DNA of 64,000 nt from Candidatus Spongiisociaceae bacterium. GTDB lineage: Bacteria > Actinomycetota > Acidimicrobiia > Spongiisociales > Spongiisociaceae. The DNA is taken from contig CBDCOH010000002.1 of assembly GCA_965219685.1 (NCBI GenBank), forward strand, positions 928,001 to 992,000, written 5' to 3'. The notes beneath the pieces were generated by a model. The model saw only the letters and a program-made list of their open reading frames with translations, searched no databases and was not told the origin of the DNA. This document shows positions 10,467 to 20,276 of this stretch, in pieces; position 1 is the stretch's first letter; each line of letters opens with the position of its first letter. The position numbers and the translations under genes were made by a program.

Positions 10467-12665
10467 TTATCCGCCTAGGGCTTGCATGACTTCGGTTGGT
10501 GGGTCGGTTGCTAGGGATTGGCGGTAGGCGTCGACGATGTTGTCGGCGGTGACTTTGATGGCGGGGACGACGACGAAGGGTGGTGCGGGTTTGCCGATGA
10601 GTCCGTAGGCGCCTTCGAGGGCCATGGTGCGGCCGAGGGCGTAGGCCTCGTCGGCGGCGATCCCGACGATGTTGCCGCCTTCGACCAGGTCGAGGGAGAC
10701 GTTGGTGTCGAGGTCGAGGGTTACCACCGCTACGTCGGAGGCGCCGGCTGCTCGCAGAGCGGCGAGGACCCCGTCGGCGGGGCCGGCCGACCAGGGGGCG
10801 TATATGCCGTTGAGGTCGGGGTTGCGGGTCAGCAGCGACCCGGCGATCTCCTCGGCGGCGGCCGGGTCGGCCAGGCCTTGGGAGTCGACGATCTCGATGC
10901 CGGGATAGGCGGCTTCGATCCACGCTTTGAACGCCTGGTCTCTCTGGTTGGTGACGTAGTAGGCGGCGTCGTGGAATATGAAACCTACCTTGCCCTGTCC
11001 TCCCAGCGCGTCGGCCAGCAGGTCGGCGGCTGCCATTCCCATGGCGGCGAGGTCGTCGGTGACCACCCCGACGTAGTCGGTTCCGTGGACGTATCCCTCG
11101 GGCACGTTGCTCAGGAACACCAACTGGACGCCTGCTTCGACGGCGGGACGGAACGCTTCGGCGCCCGATACGGGGTCGAGGACCAGGCTGATGATGATGT
11201 CGGGGTTCTGGGCCATGACGGTTTCGACGTCGTTGGCCTGCTGGGCCGCGTCGAACTGGGCGTTGGTCTCGGCGATGACCTCGATCCCCAACTCGGCGAA
11301 CGCGTCTCTGGCGCCCTGGCTGACCGCGTCGGTGAACGCTCCCGCCGTGTGCCACAGCAGCGCCGCTGTGTAACCACCCGCCTGCACCTGGCCGATCTCG
11401 TCAGCGCTCAGCGCTATCTCAGCCGAGGGCGTAGCCGCCTCACCCCCCGGCCCCTGAGTCACCGGCGCCACCGGCGCTTCGCCGAGGGCTTGCATGACTT
11501 CGGTTGGTGGGTCGGTTGCTAGGGATTGGCGGTAGGCGTCGACGATGTTGTCGGCGGTGACTTTGATGGCGGGGACGACGACGAAGGGTGGTGCGGGTTT
11601 GCCGATGAGTCCGTAGGCGCCTTCGAGGGCCATGGTGCGGCCGAGGGCGTAGGCCTCGTCGGCGGCGATCCCGACGATGTTGCCGCCTTCGACCAGGTCG
11701 AGGGAGACGTTGGTGTCGAGGTCGAGGGTTACCACCGCTACGTCGGAGGCGCCGGCTGCTCGCAGAGCGGCGAGGACCCCGTCGGCGGGGCCGGCCGACC
11801 AGGGGGCGTATATGCCGTTGAGGTCGGGGTTGCGGGTCAGCAGCGACCCGGCGATCTCCTCGGCGGCGGCCGGGTCGGCCAGGCCTTGGGAGTCGACGAT
11901 CTCGATGCCGGGATAGGCGGCTTCGATCCACGCTTTGAACGCCTGGTCTCTCTGGTTGGTGACGTAGTAGGCGGCGTCGTGGAATATGAAACCTACCTTG
12001 CCCTGTCCTCCCAGCGCGTCGGCCAGCAGGTCGGCGGCTGCCATTCCCATGGCGGCGAGGTCGTCGGTGACCACCCCGACGTAGTCGGTTCCGTGGACGT
12101 ATCCCTCGGGCACGTTGCTCAGGAACACCAACTGGACGCCTGCTTCGACGGCGGGACGGAACGCTTCGGCGCCCGATACGGGGTCGAGGACCAGGCTGAT
12201 GATGATGTCGGGGTTCTGGGCCATGACGGTTTCGACGTCGTTGGCCTGCTGGGCCGCGTCGAACTGGGCGTTGGTCTCGGCGATGACCTCGATCCCCAAC
12301 TCGGCGAACGCGTCTCTGGCGCCCTGGCTGACCGCGTCGGTGAACGCTCCCGCCGTGTGCCACAGCAGCGCCGCTGTGTAACCACCCGCCTGCACCTGGC
12401 CGATCTCGTCAGCGCTCAGCGCTATCTCAGCCGAGGGCGTAGCCGCCTCACCCCCCGGCCCCTGAGTCACCGGCGCCACCGGCGCAGCCGGCTCCGCAGG
12501 CGCCTCCGCCATGGTCGACGGGGCCTCGGTGGTGGTGGTGGCCGCCCGGGTGGTGGTGGTCTCCTCGGCGACCTCGTCACCGCCACAGGCCGCGGCCAGC
12601 AGGCCGAGCACCACCATAAGGGCCATGAACGTCCGCCGCTTGGGTGTCCTTGTTCTTGTCTTCAT
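10467..12665 (-). CDS. Sugar ABC substrate-binding lipoprotein with two identical tandem binding domains
   Basis: RBS GGAGGAGG before ATG 12665, lipobox LAAAC, Thr/Pro linker, then a periplasmic-binding (RbsB-like) domain repeated with a 336-aa period. Confidence 0.88.
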   Translation of the reverse strand: MKTRTRTPKRRTFMALMVVLGLLAAACGGDEVAEETTTTRAATTTTEAPSTMAEAPAEPAAPVAPVTQGPGGEAATPSAEIALSADEIGQVQAGGYTAALLWHTAGAFTDAVSQGARDAFAELGIEVIAETNAQFDAAQQANDVETVMAQNPDIIISLVLDPVSGAEAFRPAVEAGVQLVFLSNVPEGYVHGTDYVGVVTDDLAAMGMAAADLLADALGGQGKVGFIFHDAAYYVTNQRDQAFKAWIEAAYPGIEIVDSQGLADPAAAEEIAGSLLTRNPDLNGIYAPWSAGPADGVLAALRAAGASDVAVVTLDLDTNVSLDLVEGGNIVGIAADEAYALGRTMALEGAYGLIGKPAPPFVVVPAIKVTADNIVDAYRQSLATDPPTEVMQALGEAPVAPVTQGPGGEAATPSAEIALSADEIGQVQAGGYTAALLWHTAGAFTDAVSQGARDAFAELGIEVIAETNAQFDAAQQANDVETVMAQNPDIIISLVLDPVSGAEAFRPAVEAGVQLVFLSNVPEGYVHGTDYVGVVTDDLAAMGMAAADLLADALGGQGKVGFIFHDAAYYVTNQRDQAFKAWIEAAYPGIEIVDSQGLADPAAAEEIAGSLLTRNPDLNGIYAPWSAGPADGVLAALRAAGASDVAVVTLDLDTNVSLDLVEGGNIVGIAADEAYALGRTMALEGAYGLIGKPAPPFVVVPAIKVTADNIVDAYRQSLATDPPTEVMQALGG
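10477..12485. repeat. Intragenic tandem duplication, period 1008 bp (10477-11477 = 11485-12485)
   Basis: Direct comparison of the ends. Alternative-frame ORFs offset by 1008 have identical translations in several frames (e.g. 10669/11677, 11107/12115, 11111/12119). Confidence 0.95.
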
Positions 12666-12685
12666 TGTTCCTCCTCCGGCTGCCC

Positions 12686-13948
12686 TCACGCTGCTTGCTC
12701 CACCCCGCACCAGGACGCCACGAAATGCGCCAGGGTGCGGGTCGCGGAGATCAACTCCTGGATCGGGAGCCGTTCGAATGGGGTGTGACAGGTCGATATG
12801 TCTCCGGGAGCGAAATAGACGCCGGGGATCCCGGCCGCCCGGAGCAGTGGCTTTTCGGACCAGTACGGAGCGCCTTCGAGACGGGCGCCTCCACCGGTTG
12901 TGCGTTCGATGGAGTCCACCAACGCGCGGACCCCCGGATGGTCGGGCGGGACCTCGTCCGGGGTTCCCCCCACTCGGTGATCCCGGGGGGCTGAGAAGAC
13001 CACCTCGGCTGAGACTCCGTGGTCGTCCGAGACCGCCGCGGCGACTTGCCGCAACGCGTCGGCCTCCAGGTCGAGGTCGTCGCCGGGCAGCAGCTTCTGG
13101 ATGAGCGACAGCCGGAACCGGCCTGGAACCGCTATGTTCCCCCCCGACTCGACCGAGGTGACGAGGAGGAAACGCTCACCGAGAAGCTCGTGGGGCGGGC
13201 CCTTGCGCAGCGTCTCGTCGCGATCCCACAGCGCGCTGAGCAGGGAGTGGCCCGCACGGAGCGCGTCCACGCCTAAGTCCGGGGTCCCGAAGTAGGCCGA
13301 CCTGCCAGCGAGCGTGATGTCGGCGATCAGGAATCCCATCTGGGCGGTGTAGACCGCCCCGGTGGTCGGCTCGGTGTAGACGGCGAAGTCCGGCGGGTTG
13401 CCGGGGCCGCCGAACAGGTGGTCGACACCCGCGCGCATCCCGAGCGAGAGCCCGCTACCGGGCTGTCCCGACTCCTCGTCGCATACGAGCAGTCCCGTGA
13501 CCGGGCCGGCTACGCGGTAGCCCGCCCGACCAATTGCTCGCATGGCCTCGATGATGGAGCATATTCCCGCCTTCTGGTCGGTCACGCCGCGGGCCCATAT
13601 CTCGCCGTCGACGATGGTCCCGGCGAAGGGATCGGCTCGTTCGGTCCCGCTCCACTCGCGCACCCAGTCGTCTGCGTGAACGGTGTCGAGATGGCCGGCC
13701 AGTACCAGCGAGCGTCCTCCCGCCGGTCCGGCCTCCGCGTAGACGTTGGGCCGTCCCGGTTCTGCCTCGACCAGGCGCACCCGGCTCCAGGGGCCTTCCT
13801 CCATCCGTCCCCTGACCCATTCGGCGAAGTCGGTCTCGTCGGGCGTGACGCTGGGGATCCGCACCGCCTCCAGCACCAGTTCGACCAGAGCCTCCCCATC
13901 GACGGCCGCGGCGACTTCGTCGGCCGGCGATCGCGGGTTCGGGGTCAT
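12686..13948 (-). CDS. M20/ArgE-DapE family metallo-amidohydrolase
   Basis: AGHLDTV, RGVTDQKAG, CDEESG, TEPT and CHTPFE metal-binding motifs. Confidence 0.88.
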   Translation of the reverse strand: MTPNPRSPADEVAAAVDGEALVELVLEAVRIPSVTPDETDFAEWVRGRMEEGPWSRVRLVEAEPGRPNVYAEAGPAGGRSLVLAGHLDTVHADDWVREWSGTERADPFAGTIVDGEIWARGVTDQKAGICSIIEAMRAIGRAGYRVAGPVTGLLVCDEESGQPGSGLSLGMRAGVDHLFGGPGNPPDFAVYTEPTTGAVYTAQMGFLIADITLAGRSAYFGTPDLGVDALRAGHSLLSALWDRDETLRKGPPHELLGERFLLVTSVESGGNIAVPGRFRLSLIQKLLPGDDLDLEADALRQVAAAVSDDHGVSAEVVFSAPRDHRVGGTPDEVPPDHPGVRALVDSIERTTGGGARLEGAPYWSEKPLLRAAGIPGVYFAPGDISTCHTPFERLPIQELISATRTLAHFVASWCGVEQAA

Positions 13949-15138
13949 CGACCCAACCGCCCCTTCACGAAGGTGGACCTCACCGAGGCACGGGCCGTGG
14001 AGATCGCTCCGATGAAGGCGGCCCGGTTCCCGAGTGCCGAAGCGACCAGTTCCGGTGTGTCGTCGAGTTGGCCCTCCAGCTTCGAGCGCACCTCTTCCAC
14101 GAAGATGGGGTTGGAACCGACTCCTCCCCCGAAGACGATCCGGGCCGGATCGTTGAACCAGCAGAGCCAGGCCACCGCGGACGCCATCGCCTCGGCGGCG
14201 ATGCCGAGGGCCCCGGACGCGGCCTCGTCACCGAGAGACGCCGCGAGGAGGAGTTCCGAAACCTCGGCATCGCGTTCGAGGCGGGAGGGACGGCCGGAGT
14301 CCACGGCTTGGCGGAACTGTCTCCGGATGGCCGGGGCGGAGGCGACATCCTCCAGCGTGAGCCGGGCCGGGCCCCTGCGGCCGGGTCCGAGGATGTCTAT
14401 CGACCCGAGTTCTCCTGCGGCTCCGTGTCCGCCCCGGTATAGCCTCCCGTCCATCACCAGCCCGGCGCCGATCCCGGTGCCGATCGAGATGGCGACGAAG
14501 TCGAGTCCGGCCTGATCATCCATGGCTTCGGCTTCCGCCACCGCGGCCAGATTCACGTCGTTCTCGATGGTGACCGGCACTCCGAGCCGCCTGGAGAGTT
14601 CGTCGCGGATGGGTAGATCGGCGAACCCTGGGAGGTTGGGGGACATCTCCACCCGGTCCAGCCGCGGGCGGTACACGCCGGGAACGCCCACGCAGCCGGA
14701 CTCCAGGAGGTGACCCCTGTGACCGAGGTCCCCGAGCAGGCGGGTGGTGGTCCTCACTACGGCTTCCACCGCGGCCCGGGCATGGGAGGCCGTCTCGATG
14801 CGATCCTCCGCCAGTACCCGTCCGAGGAGGTCGGCGACACCCACGATGATCTTGGTGGCGCCCATGTCCACCCCCACCACCAGCGCGGCGTCCGGAACCA
14901 GGGCATAGGGTGCGGCCGGACGTCCGATCCGGCCCTGGGAGGGCTCGGGAGGGATGAGGCTCACCACGCCGGCGTCCTCGAGGTCGGACACCAGGGCTGA
15001 CACGGTGGGCTTCGACAGCCCGGTCCGGCGGGCGAGGGTGGCGCGGGATACCGGGAACGGGGCAGCCTGCATGAACTCGTCGAAGACCGCCTGGCCGTTG
15101 CGCAGGCGGAGTGCCCAGGAGCCGGATCCGTCGATCAT
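13945..15138 (-). CDS. ROK family transcriptional repressor (NagC/XylR-like)
   Basis: N-terminal wHTH (SRATLARRTGLSKPTVS), then GVDMG, ENDVNLAA, GTGIGAG and AGELG. Confidence 0.9.
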   Translation of the reverse strand: MIDGSGSWALRLRNGQAVFDEFMQAAPFPVSRATLARRTGLSKPTVSALVSDLEDAGVVSLIPPEPSQGRIGRPAAPYALVPDAALVVGVDMGATKIIVGVADLLGRVLAEDRIETASHARAAVEAVVRTTTRLLGDLGHRGHLLESGCVGVPGVYRPRLDRVEMSPNLPGFADLPIRDELSRRLGVPVTIENDVNLAAVAEAEAMDDQAGLDFVAISIGTGIGAGLVMDGRLYRGGHGAAGELGSIDILGPGRRGPARLTLEDVASAPAIRRQFRQAVDSGRPSRLERDAEVSELLLAASLGDEAASGALGIAAEAMASAVAWLCWFNDPARIVFGGGVGSNPIFVEEVRSKLEGQLDDTPELVASALGNRAAFIGAISTARASVRSTFVKGRLGR

Positions 15139-15316
15139 CCGCCGACCGGCTCACGGTACGACCGGCAGACGCCGCATCGCGAAGCAGATCTCCTGTTCCG
15201 GCCGTTCGGTCCGTACCTCAAGGTTCGGGTTCCGGACATCATTCGCATCTCCGTGATCCATCTGACGCACGCCCGGGTCTCAGAACCGGGCCCGGTCTTG
15301 CCGACTCCCGGGGCAC

Positions 15317-15359
15317 ATTCTCACCCTGTGCGAGTTAGTTTGTCAAACTATCTTACTAA
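15317..15359 (-). promoter_or_regulatory. Promoter TTGACA-N18-GAGAAT overlapped by a 25-bp XylR-type ROK operator (TTAGT-N15-ACTAA, 15335-15359)
   Basis: TTAGTTTGTCAAACTATCTTACTAA is an AT-rich inverted repeat upstream of the ROK gene; the -35 (15341-15346) lies inside it. Confidence 0.7.
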
Positions 15360-15795
15360 TTTGTTTCTCGGTTTCGGACATCCATCTCCTGGATCGGGAG
15401 GGGGCATCGGACGGAGCGGGGATCCACCGAGGATCCACCTCTCACCTGGTGCGGGCAGGGAGAACGCGAAAAACGCTCGACGCTCCGCCTCGGCCGAGGG
15501 GCCCTCCCCCGCCGCCACCTCCTTGGGTCAGGGCGCGTCCCCTTATCCCCTGTCGGGGTCGGCCTCGACTATGTGATCCCAGCCACGGTCCGGTCGGCAC
15601 CGGAACCGGACCGCTGGTGGTTTGCAGCTACCCACCAGTGTGCGGCAGGGGTGTGACACGGCTGGTCCCGCTGTGGTGGCGGTCGCACTCTCAAGCGAAG
15701 GGTCGTGGACGACGGTCCGGCCATCCGGGGTGGGGCTCACGGGGGAAGCGGACGCTCGGATCGTTCCCGGCCGGGTCGCGTTCCGGTCCCCGGGG

Positions 15796-17400
15796 TCAGT
15801 CCGGGGCCGGGTGGCGGTCCGCTCGAGCCAGGGCGCGGAGTTCGCGCGCGTGGCGGCGGCCGCGGTCGGAGTCCGGCAGGCCCGACAGCATCCGGGACAG
15901 TTCCCGGATTCGCTCGTCCGAGTCCAGGGTCCGGGCCGTGGCGGTAGGGCCGTCCCTCTCCACGACGATGTGCGTGTCGGCATAGGCGGCTACCTGCGGC
16001 AGGTGGCTGACGCACAGCGCCTGGCGGTCCCGGGCCAGGCGGGCCAGCTTCGCTCCCATCGCGAGAGCGGTGGTCCCTCCGACGCCCGCGTCGATCTCGT
16101 CGAATGCAACCAGGCGGGCATCCCCGGAACCGGACGCGAGGCGGAGCGATAGGACCAGCCGGCTCAATTCTCCCCCGGACGCGACCCGCGCGACCGGGCC
16201 GGGCGCCAACCTGGAGTCGGAGGAAAACCGCAGATCCACCGTGTCCGCGCCGGCGCGGCGAGGAGGCGCCGCCCCGATGTCCAGGTGGATCAGCGGATCG
16301 CCGAAACCGAGATCGCGGAGATGGCCCACCGCGCCGTCGACGATCCGGGCTGCCGCGGCCTTGCGCTCCTGGCGGAGGGCGCCGCCCGCCTCGTCCAGCC
16401 GGCGGGTCGCCTCGGCTAGTTCGTTGTCGATGGTGGCGGCCCTCCCGAGCAACTCCCCGACTTCGGCATGGCGGGCGCGTGCCGAGTCTCTGAAGGCCAG
16501 GATCTCCTCGATCCCTGCTCCGTATTTGCGGCGCAGGTCGCCGAGAAGGGCGAGCCGCTCGTTGACCGAGGCGAGGGTCCGGGGGTCGGAGTCGATGTCC
16601 TCCCAGGCCTCCCTGGCGGTGGTCAGGGTCTCGGTGAGGATGGCGTCGACGCTCTCGATCATCTCCAGGAGGCCGTCCTGACCGGGATCGAGGTCACAGG
16701 CGCGCCGGATGGCTCCGACCGCGGGCCCGAGCCGGTCCCGCGCCGCTGACAGGTCCCGGCGTGCTCCGGCCAGCAACTCGCCGATCTCCTCCGCGTTGCC
16801 GAGCCGGTTGGCCAGACCATCGAGTTCCTCGTCCTCCCCGATGCTGAATCCGGCCTCCTCGATCTCACCTATCTGGTAGATCAGGAGGTCCTGCTCGCGT
16901 TCCAGGGCCCGCAGGTCGCCGCCCAGCCGGGCCGCCGCCGACTCCAGTTTCCTGACCTCTTCCCAGGCCGCCCGGTAGGTTGCCACCCGGTCGGGCGACC
17001 CAAGCCGCAGGTCGATGAGAGCACGGAGTGCGTTGGCGCGGATCAGCGAGAGCGGATCGTGCTGGCCGACGATCTCGACGGAGCCTTCCAGGCGTTCGGT
17101 GAGGACCCTGGCCGGCACCATCGCACCGTTGATGTACGAGCGGCTCCCCCGGGCGTGGACCCGGCGCGACACGATGAGTTCCTCGCCGTCCAGTAGGAAC
17201 CGCCCCTCGACGGTGGTCTCCGAGGCGTGCGGTCCGATAAGGGTCGCACGGGCGGGCGCCCCCGTCAGGAGTCTCAGAGCGCCCAGGAGGAGGGTCTTGC
17301 CGGTGCCTGTCTCTCCGCTCACGACCACCATCCCGGGGCCCGGCTCGACCCGCGCCGCGGCGATGATTCCCAGATTGGTCACGGACAGTTCGTCGAGCAC
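15796..17400 (-). CDS. recN: DNA repair protein RecN
   Basis: GETGTGKT, ASGGELSR, FDEIDAGVGG and SHLPQVAA; nadK-recN synteny. Confidence 0.95.
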   Translation of the reverse strand: MLDELSVTNLGIIAAARVEPGPGMVVVSGETGTGKTLLLGALRLLTGAPARATLIGPHASETTVEGRFLLDGEELIVSRRVHARGSRSYINGAMVPARVLTERLEGSVEIVGQHDPLSLIRANALRALIDLRLGSPDRVATYRAAWEEVRKLESAAARLGGDLRALEREQDLLIYQIGEIEEAGFSIGEDEELDGLANRLGNAEEIGELLAGARRDLSAARDRLGPAVGAIRRACDLDPGQDGLLEMIESVDAILTETLTTAREAWEDIDSDPRTLASVNERLALLGDLRRKYGAGIEEILAFRDSARARHAEVGELLGRAATIDNELAEATRRLDEAGGALRQERKAAAARIVDGAVGHLRDLGFGDPLIHLDIGAAPPRRAGADTVDLRFSSDSRLAPGPVARVASGGELSRLVLSLRLASGSGDARLVAFDEIDAGVGGTTALAMGAKLARLARDRQALCVSHLPQVAAYADTHIVVERDGPTATARTLDSDERIRELSRMLSGLPDSDRGRRHARELRALARADRHPAPD

Positions 17401-17403
17401 CGG

Positions 17404-18225
17404 TCAGGCCAGCGAGAACTTCTGCTTGACCGTGGTGGGGAAGGATCGTTCGACGAGGCTTACGAACGAGACCCGACCCGCCCCCTCGACCTCCACCACC
17501 CCGCCGGGTTGGACAGTGGCGATCTCGATGCCGTCGACGCCGACACCCACCGATCGGTCCTCCACCACCTCGAAGCTGAGCCGGCGTCCGGGTGGGAAGA
17601 CCATCGCCCGCGAGAACAGAGAGTGCTGGGCGACCGGTGTCATGACCAGCGCATCGAGAGCCGGATCGATCAAGGGCCCGCCCGCTGACAGGTTGTAGGC
17701 CGTCGAACCCGTCGGTGTGGCTATCACCACGCCGTCCGCCCGGTAGGTGACGAACGGTTCCCCGTCGATCGCCACCGCCAACTGCACGGTGCGTTGGTTC
17801 TGGACCTTCTCGATCACCACGTCGTTGAGGCCGAGCACCGGTGAGGACCCTTCCACCGACGCGGCCAGCAGCATCCGCTCGGTCGTGAACCACCTTCCCA
17901 ACGTCAGGCGCTCGAGCAGGAAGGGAAGGTCGTGGGGGGCGCCCTCCGCGAGGAACCCGAGACGGCCGTCGTTGATCCCGAAGATGGGGGCCCCGCTCCC
18001 CCGGCCTATCCGGACCGCCTTCAGGACTGTTCCGTCTCCGCCGATCGCCACCACCAGGTCGAGTTCGGAGCGGGGTTCGAATCGCGTGGCCGGCAGGTCG
18101 AGGGCGTCGGCCGCGTCCGGGGAGGCCACCACATCAACACCGTGGCCGCGGGCCTCCGCCGCCAGTTCGCCGGCCAGGCCCATCGAGTGCTCCCGGCCGA
18201 CATGCGGAACGAGTGCGATCCTCAC
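17404..18225 (-). CDS. nadK: NAD(+)/NADH kinase
   Basis: GGDGTVL, GRLGFL, LND and TPTGSTAYNLSAGGP. Start GTG 18225 overlaps the tlyA stop. Confidence 0.94.
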   Translation of the reverse strand: MRIALVPHVGREHSMGLAGELAAEARGHGVDVVASPDAADALDLPATRFEPRSELDLVVAIGGDGTVLKAVRIGRGSGAPIFGINDGRLGFLAEGAPHDLPFLLERLTLGRWFTTERMLLAASVEGSSPVLGLNDVVIEKVQNQRTVQLAVAIDGEPFVTYRADGVVIATPTGSTAYNLSAGGPLIDPALDALVMTPVAQHSLFSRAMVFPPGRRLSFEVVEDRSVGVGVDGIEIATVQPGGVVEVEGAGRVSFVSLVERSFPTTVKQKFSLA

Positions 18226-18995
18226 CGGGCGGCCTCCCTCACGGTGTGGGCGGTCACCCGGTTGGCGCCGTGGCGGAACAGGCCGATGACCTCCCGGTTG
18301 CCGTTGGCGCCCTCGATGGGGGAAGGGGTCACCGCCACCGCTCCCAAACCCGCCCCGGCCAGGCCCGTGATGGTGTCGAGCACGGCGCCGGCGCGGGTCC
18401 GCCGGTCTCTGACCACGCCGCGCCGGTCCACCGCCCCCCGGCCGGCCTCGAACTGGGGCTTGATGAGCAGCAGGTAATCGCTGCGACCATTCCCCAATTC
18501 CACCAGAACGTGGCAGATGGTCCGTAGCGAGATGAACGAGACGTCCGCGACCACCAGGTCGAACGGCGCTCCGAGAGCTTCCGGGTCCGCGTATCGGATG
18601 TTGGTGCGTTCCACCACGGTCACCCGGGGGTCGTCGCGCATCCGCAGATGGAGTTGGCCGTAACCCACGTCCACGGCCACGACGTGGCACGCTCCGTGCT
18701 CCAGCAGGCAGTGGGTGAAGCCACCCGTGGAGGCGCCCACGTCGATCGCGCGGCGGCCCTCCACGTCGACATGGAACTCCCGGATGGCCGCTTCCAGCTT
18801 GAGACCGCCCCGGCTGACGTAGCGGGGTCCGTCCTCGACCATGCGCACCGCCGTTGCTCCATCGACCATGGTGGCCGGCTTCGGCAGCGGGGTTCCCGTC
18901 ACCACCACCCTCCGCTCGCGGATGGCGCGGGCCGCTGCCGCCCGCGAGTCGACCAGGTGCCGGCGGACCATCTCGACGTCGAGCCTCCTCCTCAT
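18222..18995 (-). CDS. tlyA: TlyA family rRNA methyltransferase
   Basis: RRRLD, YVSRGGLKL, DVGASTGGFT, DVSFISL and KPQFE. Confidence 0.95.
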   Translation of the reverse strand: MRRRLDVEMVRRHLVDSRAAAARAIRERRVVVTGTPLPKPATMVDGATAVRMVEDGPRYVSRGGLKLEAAIREFHVDVEGRRAIDVGASTGGFTHCLLEHGACHVVAVDVGYGQLHLRMRDDPRVTVVERTNIRYADPEALGAPFDLVVADVSFISLRTICHVLVELGNGRSDYLLLIKPQFEAGRGAVDRRGVVRDRRTRAGAVLDTITGLAGAGLGAVAVTPSPIEGANGNREVIGLFRHGANRVTAHTVREAAR

Positions 18996-19234
18996 GGGTC
19001 CTCGCCGGGGGGAGAAGCTGCGGTCGGTGCGAACGATTCCAGGATCCGGCGCGCCCGGGGAGCGTCGGTGCCTTCCAGCCGGGCGGCCAGCAACTCGGCG
19101 AGCGCGGCTGCCGGCTCCGGGGTCTCCGCCGGATCGGCCCTCTCGATTGCTTCCAGGTAGCGGGCCACCGACTCGTCGGTCACGACCGCTGGTTCCCCGC
19201 CGGGTTGTGGCATGGCGTCGCCGTGTTGCTCCAT
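18992..19234 (-). CDS. Small hypothetical protein translationally coupled to tlyA
   Basis: ATG 19234; stop overlaps the tlyA start (ATGA); helical stretch ARYLEAIERADPAE..LAELLAARLE. Confidence 0.5.
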   Translation of the reverse strand: MEQHGDAMPQPGGEPAVVTDESVARYLEAIERADPAETPEPAAALAELLAARLEGTDAPRARRILESFAPTAASPPGEDP

Positions 19235-19403
19235 GACCGCATTATTGCGCTTCGGGCCGCCATGTACAGCCCCTCGGGGCCGCTGGATGTCCCGTTTGCC
19301 ACCGGTGACGGTCAATAGCCGGTCGGCTCCCGTATGATCGTTGTGCGCAGCGGAGTCCGCGCCCCTGACCCGAAGGGGAAACCCGACCCCCCGGAACACC
19401 GAA

Positions 19404-20156
19404 ATGATCCCAATCAGAGACATCAACCCCTCCCTCAGAACCCCGGTACTCACCTTTCTGCTGGTGGCGGGTTCGGTGGCGGTCTACTTCTTCGTCCAGC
19501 CCGGCGAGCCGGGAGCGGAGATCGAGTTCCTGTACCGCCAGGCGGCCGTGGCCTGCGAGTTGACCACCGGCGAGCCGCTGTCCCTCGACGAGATCGTCGA
19601 CGGGCGCTGTGTCGACGGAACCGAGGCGCCCCTGTATCCCGACAAGTCCCCGCTCGTCAGCGTCGTGGTGTCCATGTTCCTCCACGGCGGGCTGGCGCAC
19701 CTGGTCGCCAACATGTGGAGCCTCCTGCTGTTCGGCAACAACGTCGAGGACGCCTACGGTCGCTTCGGCTACCTGCTCCTGTATCTGGTGTCCGGCGTCG
19801 TGGCAACCGTCGGCTTCGTCGTCCTGAACCCCGACACGACGGTACCCCTCGTCGGCGCCTCCGGCGCCATCGCCGGGATCATGGGCGCGTACCTGGTCCT
19901 GTTCCCCCGCGCCAGGGTGGTGAGCGTATTCCCTCTGCTGTTCTTCATCCCGTTCACCATCTCGGCCGGGTGGTACCTGATGGTGTGGCTCGCCGGCCAG
20001 TTCGCCTTCACCGCCGCCGACTCGGCGATCGCCTGGGAGGCCCATGTAGCGGGTTTCCTGTTCGGCGTGCTGGTGACCCTGGTCGGCCGAGGTCCGCTGC
20101 TGCGCCGCTTGGCCCGGCTGGAACGCAAACGCCTGGCCCGGCTCGGGTACGGCTGA
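19404..20156 (+). CDS. Rhomboid family intramembrane serine protease
   Basis: MIPIRD start, SMFLHGGLAHLVANM, FGNNVED, VGASGAIAG (catalytic Ser) and AHVAGF (catalytic His). Confidence 0.93.
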   Translation: MIPIRDINPSLRTPVLTFLLVAGSVAVYFFVQPGEPGAEIEFLYRQAAVACELTTGEPLSLDEIVDGRCVDGTEAPLYPDKSPLVSVVVSMFLHGGLAHLVANMWSLLLFGNNVEDAYGRFGYLLLYLVSGVVATVGFVVLNPDTTVPLVGASGAIAGIMGAYLVLFPRARVVSVFPLLFFIPFTISAGWYLMVWLAGQFAFTAADSAIAWEAHVAGFLFGVLVTLVGRGPLLRRLARLERKRLARLGYG

Positions 20157-20232
20157 GCAACTTCCACCCCGCCACGAGGCGCCCGGCGTCTGTCTCGTGA
20201 AGGCCCCCTTGGCGAGAAGTGAACCTCAGACA

Positions 20233-20274
20233 ACCATTCACCATTCACCATTCACCATTCACCATTCACCATCC
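20233..20274. repeat. Heptamer tandem repeat (ACCATTC)x5 plus one imperfect unit
   Basis: Read directly; lies between two convergent gene ends. Confidence 0.92.
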
Positions 20275-20276
20275 AC

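Noticed and set aside
17404-18690. 428-aa NAD kinase
   Set aside because: The extension overlaps tlyA in another frame; the real start is GTG 18225.
20233-20274. Short repeats as a possible CRISPR array
   Set aside because: Unspaced 7-mers with no unique spacers, and no cas genes in the window.
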